Origin: a virus
Reading direction: 5' to 3' (one strand)
Length of the DNA: 40,041 nucleotides
Virus record (IMG/VR): IMGVR_UViG_3300045988_063194
Span: 1-40,041 of that record
The notes beneath the pieces were generated by a model, which was given only the letters and a program-made list of their open reading frames with translations, was not told where the DNA came from and searched no databases. This document shows, piece by piece, positions 33,476-39,391 of the stretch (the first letter of the stretch is position 1; the number at the start of each line of letters is the position of its first letter). The position numbers were made by a program, and so were the translations under genes.

Positions 33476-34644
33476 TAGTCTCTCCCATCGGCTGTCGGAT
33501 AGATGAATGGGGCGTCTTTCCCCGCATGTGCCATCAGTGTCGGCGCAAGATTAAAGCACCGTGCCGCGTTCGATTGACTGTCCGCCCGGCACATCACTTC
33601 TCTCTCTCTCTCGATTTCAGCCACCGCATGTCTGTCAGTGGAAGTCAATGTGAAAGCGCCGTTTTCGTCCGGGTCGGCAACACCAAGCTGGTGTCCGCCG
33701 TTCATTTGTCCGCGACCGACGATGTTTCCTGCCACATCGTAGACGGCTGGATTATGGTCAGTGCTCAATGTCGGATTCAACGCTTTCACAAGTGGGACAT
33801 TGTTCCCACCGGTTCCCATGTGAGAGGTGAGAGTGTTTGACAGGTCCGGATGCTCACTGACCTTGAACCTTCCGTCCTGCTGATGGAAGTCCAACATGAC
33901 AGCCGACTGATCCTGCCCACCGTTCCCACGAGCCTGCAATGTCGGGGCGATTCCGTCAGACGAGTACACTCTCCGAGGCTGGTTCTCACCGTGGGTCAAG
34001 TTTCCAATGCCTGAATCTGCGTTTCCAACGCCGCCAGCAGTTCCACCGGCAAGGCTTTTCCTCTTCTCTCGGCTCGACTGATGATCCCAGCACAGGCTTT
34101 CGCGCTCAAAAAGAACCGGGGCGGCACGTCGCCAGTCTCTAGTGTTGACGACAAGGAACACACGCTCGCGTCGTTGGGCCACACCGAAGAACTGAGCGTC
34201 CAACACTCGCCATGCACCCCCCCCATCAGGCCAGAGTTCGGCCACGGCTTCAAGGAGCGACTGGAAAGCCCGTCCGTGTTCAGCCGACAGTACTCCGGGC
34301 ACGTTCTCCCAGACGATCCATTCCGGATCAATTTCTGCGCAAGCTCGGAGATATTCGAGCATGAGCTGGCCGCGTGGATCGTCCAGAGCCTTCCGGAGTC
34401 CGGCGATGCTGAATGCCTGGCAGGGGCTTCCTCCCACAACGACATCTGCCGCATGGTGGTATTGTTTCCAGTCAACTTTGGTCATGTCTCCTAAATCTGG
34501 TACTTCCGGGTAGTGTTGTCTGAGCACGGCTTTGGGGAATGGTTCGATTTCCGCGTATGCTATTGGCTTCCACCCGAGCTGGTGCCATGCGACGGTGGCG
34601 GCTTCGATTCCGCTGAACAGGCTGATGTAGCGTATCGTGCTCAT
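33475..34644 (-). CDS. C5-cytosine DNA methyltransferase, N-terminal ORF (motifs I-VIII plus several TL-type target-recognition motifs)
   Basis: Motif I ISLFSGIEAATVAW. Motif IV GGSPCQAFSIAG. Motif VI ENVPG. Motif VIII QRRERVFLV. Then PTLQARGNGG, NTLTSHMGTGGNN, PTLSTDHNPAV, FTLTSTDRHAV and PTLMAHAGKD. Contains a G8 tract (34217..34224) and (GA)7 (33599..33612). Confidence 0.85.
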   Translation of the reverse strand: MSTIRYISLFSGIEAATVAWHQLGWKPIAYAEIEPFPKAVLRQHYPEVPDLGDMTKVDWKQYHHAADVVVGGSPCQAFSIAGLRKALDDPRGQLMLEYLRACAEIDPEWIVWENVPGVLSAEHGRAFQSLLEAVAELWPDGGGAWRVLDAQFFGVAQRRERVFLVVNTRDWRRAAPVLFERESLCWDHQSSREKRKSLAGGTAGGVGNADSGIGNLTHGENQPRRVYSSDGIAPTLQARGNGGQDQSAVMLDFHQQDGRFKVSEHPDLSNTLTSHMGTGGNNVPLVKALNPTLSTDHNPAVYDVAGNIVGRGQMNGGHQLGVADPDENGAFTLTSTDRHAVAEIEREREVMCRADSQSNAARCFNLAPTLMAHAGKDAPFIYPTADGRD

Positions 34645-34691
34645 GCTTCACCTTCGATGCGTGCGTTGATGTGGTTGAGGTTGTCGCTCAT
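34641..34691 (-). CDS. Possible 16-aa leader ORF (MSDNLNHINARIEGEA) coupled to the methyltransferase
   Basis: RBS AAAGGAAACACA before the ATG. Its TGA overlaps the methyltransferase ATG (ATGA). Very short, so speculative. Confidence 0.25.
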   Translation of the reverse strand: MSDNLNHINARIEGEA

Positions 34692-34751
34692 TGTGTTTCC
34701 TTTGCTTGTTGCAAGTTGTGTGCCCCGTCCTGACGAGTGGATGGGGCTGAG

Positions 34752-35051
34752 TGGCTGGCATCGGAGTCGAACCGATGCCGTCCTTGGATTCCGAGCGCCC
34801 CTTTGACTGTTGGAACGCGACCTGAACGCGTTCGCGGCCGGTGGCGCGACCGACGGCGATGGAAGCCGTCAGGCATACTTGAAAGGGTTGCAAACACCGG
34901 AGTGCCTGCGTTTTTGATAGAGAGAGAAGAGATTGGAATCCGTGGACGGGCGAACCGTCGCCCAGCCGAATGCGCCGACAGTGTATGTACGGCAGAGAGA
35001 TGGTCGGCGCGTGGATAATAATCGATATTCAGTTATATGGTCCCGCCAGCC
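34752..35051 (-). ncRNA. Candidate structured ncRNA with a tRNA-like T-arm/acceptor 3' module
   Basis: The 3' end reads GGACGGCATCGG-TTCGACT-CCGATGCC-AGCCA (T-loop identical to the 25330..25489 element). The 7-nt strand GCCAGCC is complemented only by GGCTGGC at 35045..35051. Several strong internal hairpins are present. Only Arg-rich shadow ORFs cover the region. The boundaries are uncertain. Confidence 0.35.
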
Positions 35052-35129
35052 GACATGAGTGAACGTGGATGCCCGCGAAAACATCCCAATTGGTTTGTTT
35101 TGTTGGACTGTCGGCTGGTGGGAAGTCTT

Positions 35130-35333
35130 TTAGTCGCGTGGCGCGAATCTGACGATCAGCCACAATGCGGTGGCGATGTACACGCCTTCCACCATGAGCG
35201 CGGCGGTGGTGCTGCCGCCATGCCATGTGAGCATGATGGTCAGGCTGGAGATGAGGCCGATGCTGACGATGGCGAAGAGGATGCGGCGGCGCGTGTAGTT
35301 CGGCTTCCGCCGGGGTTCGATATTGTTGTCCAT
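35130..35333 (-). CDS. 67-aa two-TM membrane protein
   Basis: MDNNIEPRRKPNYTRRRILFAIVSIGLISSLTIMLTW...AALMVEGVYIATALWLIVRF. Weak RBS. Confidence 0.5.
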   Translation of the reverse strand: MDNNIEPRRKPNYTRRRILFAIVSIGLISSLTIMLTWHGGSTTAALMVEGVYIATALWLIVRFAPRD

Positions 35334-35369
35334 GATGTCTTCTTGCTATTTGGAGGGAGGTGATTTTAG

Positions 35370-35597
35370 ATGAAAACGGAGTATCGGATGGTCACGTTCC
35401 ACGTCGCCAGTTCACAGCTTTTTCCTGCCGAGGTCGGTGCTGTCAGGAGCCTTACCCTTGATTTCCTTGGCTCGGCGCCTGAACTGGCCGAGCAGATGGA
35501 TGGTTGGGAGCCGGTCGGCTTCCAACTTCTCCCACAAGGTGAGACGACCTTCATTGCCGTGATGTTGAAGCAGTCGCTCAATCTTTCCGATTGTTGA
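35370..35597 (+). CDS. DUF4177-like small protein, opposite in orientation to the early operon
   Basis: MKTEYRMVTFHV...LAEQMDGWEPVGFQLLPQGETTFIAVMLKQ follows the DUF4177 pattern (M.EY..v.....L...GWE.V......vf.KR-like). Very strong RBS GGAGGGAGGTGA. The alternative minus-strand ORF is Ser/Cys-rich and has no RBS. Confidence 0.55.
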   Translation: MKTEYRMVTFHVASSQLFPAEVGAVRSLTLDFLGSAPELAEQMDGWEPVGFQLLPQGETTFIAVMLKQSLNLSDC

Positions 35598-35835
35598 TCA
35601 TGTTCCGGGCCTGCGTGCGGAATAGTTCGCCGATTCTGTCTAGTTCCTCGGCGGTGAGTTCCGCACGCGAGTCGTTCAACGTCAGAACGAACCTTCCATC
35701 GAGGTACTGGCTCAGCAAGATGATCGTCTTGTCTACTTTCTTGTCGATCCTGAATGTGCTGGCGAGGATGCTGGTCGGCTGGATGCGGCTGGTCGAGAAG
35801 CCCTGCTGTTCGTGAATGGTGATCGTGTCAGTCAT
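35578..35835 (-). CDS. 85-aa hypothetical protein
   Basis: MTDTITIHEQQGFSTSRIQPTSILASTFRIDKKVDK... Its start overlaps the upstream stop by 8 nt. Confidence 0.5.
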   Translation of the reverse strand: MTDTITIHEQQGFSTSRIQPTSILASTFRIDKKVDKTIILLSQYLDGRFVLTLNDSRAELTAEELDRIGELFRTQARNMINNRKD

Positions 35836-36187
35836 CGTTACCGTCTCCAGTGTTCACTCGCTTTAACGGGAAGGCTTCAGGCGGGAGCGTTTCGCAGACA
35901 GTCGGCCACTTCACATACTGTCTATCGCCATTCCAGATGGGATTAACCAAGTCACAACGTGTGCGCGCCGACCAGTCACCATCAGCGTCCTTAAGCAGGA
36001 GCAGACCATCATTCGCGGTGGCATAGAAGCCCCGCTCCTTCGGCTCTTCAGGAAGCGGCTTCTGTTCGGCTGACTTGTCGAGTTCCGTGAGTTGGTCGAG
36101 CAGGTGGTTGGTTCTCTCTTCGTCGAGGTCCTTGCATGCCGCGATGAGGCCTTCGATGATTTTTTCTCGCTGTTGGAAGATGTTCAT
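35828..36187 (-). CDS. 119-aa hypothetical protein
   Basis: MNIFQQREKIIEGLIAACKDLDEERTNHLLDQL... ATGA overlap upstream. Confidence 0.5.
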   Translation of the reverse strand: MNIFQQREKIIEGLIAACKDLDEERTNHLLDQLTELDKSAEQKPLPEEPKERGFYATANDGLLLLKDADGDWSARTRCDLVNPIWNGDRQYVKWPTVCETLPPEAFPLKRVNTGDGNDD

Positions 36188-36378
36188 TTCTTGTCCTTCT
36201 TCTGGTTGAGTTCTTTGAGTGTTCGTCCGATTTCGCGGCGGAGGTTCATGAGGTCGGTTTTGTTGAGCATGTGTTCCTGGTATCCGCCTGCCATGTCGAA
36301 TCTGAGTCCGATGAGGCAGCTGTGGTCACTGCTGTGCGTGCCGTCCTCGATGATTCGCAGTTCGAATGATTGGCTCAT
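36184..36378 (-). CDS. 64-aa hypothetical protein
   Basis: MSQSFELRIIEDGTHSSDHSCLIGLRFDMAGGYQEHML... ATGA overlap upstream. Confidence 0.5.
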   Translation of the reverse strand: MSQSFELRIIEDGTHSSDHSCLIGLRFDMAGGYQEHMLNKTDLMNLRREIGRTLKELNQKKDKK

Positions 36379-36602
36379 CGCATGTTCCCCAAGTCGTCGT
36401 TGAGGCTGTAGGCGAAGTTGTCGAGGGTGCTTTCGGGGATGTCCGCAAGGACTTCCTCGCCGTCCTCGTGGAGTTCGATGAGTTGGCCGCTCTTGTCTTC
36501 CTGGATGCGGATGGCGTAGCCGGTGGTGCCGATGAGTTCGATTCTTGGTTTCATGGTTTTCCTCGATTCCGGTGGCTTCGGCGGGTTAAGCAACTGACTC
36601 AT
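36375..36602 (-). CDS. 75-aa hypothetical protein (alternative start at 36554)
   Basis: MSQLLNPPKPPESRKTMKPRIELIGTTGYAIRIQEDKSG... RBS AAGGAAG. The internal ATG at 36554 also has a GAGGAAAA RBS. Confidence 0.45.
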   Translation of the reverse strand: MSQLLNPPKPPESRKTMKPRIELIGTTGYAIRIQEDKSGQLIELHEDGEEVLADIPESTLDNFAYSLNDDLGNMR

Positions 36603-36613
36603 GTTCGGCTTCC

Positions 36614-36862
36614 TTAGGCTTTGAATTGTTTGATGCTGTCGATTGGCTGGATGAGGAGCATGAGCAACTGCATGGAGTCCATGTCGAAGACCGGTGCGGC
36701 TTCTTCGATTTCCTTGATGCTTATCGAGATGCTTCCGTTGAGCCTTTGGTCGACGGTCTTGAGGGTGCATCCCCAAGCGTTTGCAAGGTCGGCACGCGTC
36801 TTGCTGCGTCTGGCGAGTTCGGCTTTGAGGTTTCTGCTGGCGGTTTCGGTCAGACCGGCCAT
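36614..36862 (-). CDS. Cro-like HTH regulator of the early operon
   Basis: 82 aa. SKTRADLANAWGCTLKTVDQRLNG is an XRE-type HTH. Divergent from the repressor gene. Confidence 0.6.
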   Translation of the reverse strand: MAGLTETASRNLKAELARRSKTRADLANAWGCTLKTVDQRLNGSISISIKEIEEAAPVFDMDSMQLLMLLIQPIDSIKQFKA

Positions 36863-36978
36863 TCATCCTCCTCGATTCCCTGTTTGGTGAGGCAGGCGCG
36901 CCAGTCGTGCCAGCCGGGGCCGCGCATGTGGCCGCATGGGTAGTGGTCGGGGGTCTTGGTCTTCTTTGTGCTCAACAT
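36850..36978 (-). CDS. 42-aa Cys/His-containing small protein, first ORF of the early operon
   Basis: MLSTKKTKTPDHYPCGHMRGPGWHDWRACLTKQGIEEDEWPV. RBS AAGGAAAA. Below the track cutoff. Overlaps the Cro-like start by 13 nt. Confidence 0.35.
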   Translation of the reverse strand: MLSTKKTKTPDHYPCGHMRGPGWHDWRACLTKQGIEEDEWPV

Positions 36979-37006
36979 CTCGGTTTTCCTTTCGACACCT
37001 CTCAGT

Positions 37007-37084
37007 GTATTTAATTGACTACATTTGTGTATTCAATTACTTACATCTTCACAATTCGCACACAAAAAGGTATTTAATTGGCTA
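37007..37084. promoter_or_regulatory. Genetic-switch operators: three copies of GTATTyAATTrnCTwA
   Basis: gtatttaattgacta at 37007. gtattcaattactta at 37029. gtatttaattggcta at 37070 (14/15 identical to the first, 63 bp apart). TAATTGA/TCAATTA half-sites form an inverted pair. Confidence 0.55.
37008..37036 (-). promoter_or_regulatory. Candidate early (lytic) promoter TTGAAT-17-TAAATA
   Basis: -35 at 37031..37036 and -10 at 37008..37013 on the minus strand. Both hexamers lie inside operator repeats. Confidence 0.4.
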
Positions 37085-37094
37085 TACTGGAGTT

Positions 37095-37457
37095 ATGGGA
37101 AGTAAAGCAAACGAGATGACGCCACTAGCCACGCAGATCATGCGCGAGTGCGTCAGACTGCAAAAGAAAAGCGGCATGACGGTCGCAGAATTCGCCAAAG
37201 CTTGCGGTTTCAGCCGCGACTACTGGTACAAACACGCGAACCTCAGCCGCCCACTGACCTTGAGCGACCTTGAGCGCATCAGCGAAGTCACCGGCGTATC
37301 GCCAGGTGATATAGTGATCGACTCGCAACGCCACGCAATCGAGGAAACCGAGGCGAAGGCGCGGTCTGGTGGTTATGGTCTTGCCGCCTATAACGTTCAG
37401 GGCAAGCAGGAGGCCATCAATGGAGAGGCGGGGCCGGATTACGACGAGCCTGCCTGA
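37095..37457 (+). CDS. XRE-family CI-like repressor
   Basis: MGSKANEMTPLATQIMRECVRLQKKSGMTVAEFAKACGFSRDYWYK (HTH_3). A TATACT -10 at 37083..37088 lies only 6 nt before the ATG, so the mRNA may be leaderless. Confidence 0.8.
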   Translation: MGSKANEMTPLATQIMRECVRLQKKSGMTVAEFAKACGFSRDYWYKHANLSRPLTLSDLERISEVTGVSPGDIVIDSQRHAIEETEAKARSGGYGLAAYNVQGKQEAINGEAGPDYDEPA

Positions 37458-37872
37458 CCTGCCAATCAACCGGAACATGACATACGGTGACATGCGCAGG
37501 GCGATCGTCCACCTGCCGGTCACCGTATCCAGCGCAATCCTTCCTGACGGACTGTGGGGCTGCTACGACGATGAGAATCATGTAATCCTCATCGATAGAC
37601 GGCTCACATATGCAGCGAAACGCTGCATATTGGTGCATGAGCTGACGCATTGGCGGCATGGCGATTCCTCGTGCGAGCGTGTGGCGAGGAACCGCGAGGA
37701 GCATCGAGCCAGACGCGAGACGGCACTCACGCTGATAGACCCGCTCCATTACGGACTGCTCGAACAGATGTACGATGGCAATTCGTGGAATATCGCCCAG
37801 GAATTGGAGGTTACCCAGCAGGTGCTGGGTGACTTCCGGCAAATCATGGCCGAGCATGTCTGCATCGTCTGA
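37420..37872 (+). CDS. ImmA/IrrE-family zinc metallopeptidase (anti-repressor protease)
   Basis: HEXXH motif LVHELTHWRHGD. RBS AGGAGG 6 nt before the ATG at 37420. Overlaps the repressor 3' end. An alternative start is at 37477. Confidence 0.75.
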   Translation: MERRGRITTSLPDLPINRNMTYGDMRRAIVHLPVTVSSAILPDGLWGCYDDENHVILIDRRLTYAAKRCILVHELTHWRHGDSSCERVARNREEHRARRETALTLIDPLHYGLLEQMYDGNSWNIAQELEVTQQVLGDFRQIMAEHVCIV

Positions 37873-37911
37873 GCGAGATAAAATCAAGGAAAAAATGAGA
37901 AGGAAGTAATC

Positions 37912-38202
37912 ATGGCAAAGCGACCACAGCCCGCACCAGGAGCGGTTTACGAGTGCGATAGGCTTGACGACCCGATGTTTCTGGCGATTCGTCTGTATGC
38001 GAACCGGCTGGAATTGGACAGGGGCACCACGTATCTGCACCGGTATAAGAAGACCGAAGCCTACAAGGTGACCGATCTGCAAGGGGTGACGATCAAGAAG
38101 CGCACCGTCACATGGAGGTACAGCGCGCTGCGCTCCTTGCCCCTGAAATTCAAGAAGGCCGAGGACGCGCAGGAATTCTACAATGCCGTGAACAGCCTCT
38201 GA
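37912..38202 (+). CDS. 96-aa hypothetical protein in the lysogeny operon
   Basis: MAKRPQPAPGAVYECDRLDDPMFLAIRLYANRLELDRG... RBS AGGAAG. Co-oriented with the repressor, so probably expressed in lysogens. Confidence 0.55.
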   Translation: MAKRPQPAPGAVYECDRLDDPMFLAIRLYANRLELDRGTTYLHRYKKTEAYKVTDLQGVTIKKRTVTWRYSALRSLPLKFKKAEDAQEFYNAVNSL

Positions 38203-38210
38203 TAGCATGA

Positions 38211-38238
38211 AGCCCCACGATTGTGGGGCTTTTATATT
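38211..38238 (+). terminator. Intrinsic terminator of the repressor operon
   Basis: agccccac-gatt-gtggggct followed by tttatatt. Confidence 0.7.
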
Positions 38239-38270
38239 GCCTTATAAGCCTTTATAAGTCTTTATAAAGC

Positions 38271-39056
38271 TTATATCTGCTTCAAATGCTCGAAGATTTG
38301 CGCTGTCTGTGCAGCATCGTCGGCGGCACGATGACGCTCGGTCTTGGCGATGCCGAAGTAGCGGATGAGGTCTACCACGCGATGATGGTCGAGCTGCGGC
38401 AGCAATGCCTGGGATAATTCCATCGTGTCATAAAAGCTCACGTCCGGCATTCCGGCACCGACCCTCTGCGCTTCCCTGGCAATCACCGGAATGTCGAAGC
38501 GGCGAATATTATGCCCTATCCACGTATCACGCCCACAGAAAGCGTAGAATTTGGGCAATGCCTTGTCGATGGTGGGCTGGTGCCGCACGTCCCGGTCGGT
38601 GATGCCGGTGATCTGCGTGACCTTGGCCGGTATCGGAATCTGTGGATTGACGAGCTGGCTGTATGACGCGACTTTGCGTCCGTGCCTGATTCTCACGGCT
38701 CCCAGCTCGATGATTCGAGCGTCACGACCTAGGCCGGTGGTCTCAATATCCACAGCCACGTAATCGTCCTCCACGCCACTATTCGCGTTGACGTGGGTGA
38801 TTGGTGCCGTTTCCGCCGTTGGAGCGTCTGAGGCGGCTTCCGACGATGATTCAGGCGCATTCGTCGCTTGATGCTTATGGCGCGGCTCCGGCTTGAGGAA
38901 GAGATGCATGAAAAGCCATGCAAGGAAGGCCGCAAACAGGACCGCCATAATACTCGCCACCAGATCATCCTGCTTCGTCACGAAGATGTCATAGACGCCA
39001 TAGACGCTTGTCAGCGCGAAGAGTATTGACGCAATGAGATAAATCAGCTTCTTCAT
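38271..39056 (-). CDS. Membrane-anchored DEDDh 3'-5' exonuclease (DnaQ/epsilon-like domain)
   Basis: Start MKKLIYLIASILFALTSVYGVY (RBS AAGGAGAAAG). It has two TM helices and a Ser/Ala/Pro/Thr linker. Exo I is VAVDIETTG, Exo II is GHNIRRFDIPV, and Exo III is HRAADDA. Confidence 0.8.
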   Translation of the reverse strand: MKKLIYLIASILFALTSVYGVYDIFVTKQDDLVASIMAVLFAAFLAWLFMHLFLKPEPRHKHQATNAPESSSEAASDAPTAETAPITHVNANSGVEDDYVAVDIETTGLGRDARIIELGAVRIRHGRKVASYSQLVNPQIPIPAKVTQITGITDRDVRHQPTIDKALPKFYAFCGRDTWIGHNIRRFDIPVIAREAQRVGAGMPDVSFYDTMELSQALLPQLDHHRVVDLIRYFGIAKTERHRAADDAAQTAQIFEHLKQI

Positions 39057-39113
39057 TTTTCCCCTTCTTTCTCCTTGCTTCAAGCTACCGCAGATGGGGA
39101 TTGGACGTGCCGA

Positions 39114-39151
39114 TTCTTTCATTTTCAGCGCATTGTCGCTGTATGAAAGAA
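39114..39151. promoter_or_regulatory. Nested palindrome TTCTTTCA-n4-CAGCG-n6-CGCTG-n2-TGAAAGAA in the exonuclease 5' region
   Basis: Read directly. It lies 58 nt upstream of the exonuclease ATG and could be an operator or a 5'-UTR hairpin. Confidence 0.4.
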
Positions 39152-39187
39152 TGAAAATAATGTTACATATGTATATATGCATATTTC

Positions 39188-39275
39188 ATGTTTGCAAGTT
39201 AGTATTTTCCGCTTGCAAGGTTAATATGCGCCCTTGTTTACAACACGCCATACACACATGTTTGCAAGTTAGTAT
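39188..39275. repeat. Two perfect 19-bp direct repeats CATGTTTGCAAGTTAGTAT plus a degenerate third copy (GCTTGCAAGGTTAATAT)
   Basis: Copies at 39188..39206 and 39257..39275, with the degenerate copy at 39211..39227. They lie in the AT-rich divergent intergenic region. The second copy runs into a TATAAT box. Confidence 0.6.
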
Positions 39276-39391
39276 ATAATGTGTTTCAGAACAAAAAACC
39301 TCCGCAGTGTTAACGGCACCGCGGAGGTAAAACATGAAGCCTCACTCAAAGACTTCCAAAACCATTGTAACGCATGGCTTGGAGGTCGGAA

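Noticed and set aside
33475-33477. The methyltransferase split as the result of slippage at one of its simple-sequence repeats
   Set aside because: - The frame on both sides of G8 and (GA)7 encodes recognisable methyltransferase and TL-motif sequence right up to the TAA.
- G9 lies downstream of the second ORF's ATG.
- The frame change occurs at GACTAATGGCC, which is not a repeat.
2663-34224. Global enrichment of G/C homopolymers (G8 at 2663, C9 at 5544, C9 at 33432, C8 at 34217) as proof of phase variation
   Set aside because: My rough expectation is about 4 runs of 8 or more in 40 kb on the two strands, assuming about 60 percent GC (an assumption, not a computed value). The count alone is therefore not significant. 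Only the placement stands out: three of the four runs fall in methyltransferase genes, and a (GA)7 repeat lies in one of them. That placement is reported as a hypothesis under the individual loci.
34688-35018. ORFs 34688..34897 (-) and 34737..35018 (+) as proteins filling the non-coding island
   Set aside because: Both are extremely Arg-rich (…HRRRSRHRPRTRSGR…, …RVRGRWRDRRRWK…). Neither has an RBS, and both run through strong hairpins and the T-arm-like element.
34752-35051. Phage-encoded tmRNA
   Set aside because: - The acceptor pairing GGCUGGC/GCCAGCC has C3-G70 rather than the G3-U70 alanine identity pair.
- There is no encoded CCA.
- The 5' region lacks the tmRNA D-loop analogue.
- I found no tag-like reading frame ending in a hydrophobic Ala-rich peptide plus stop.
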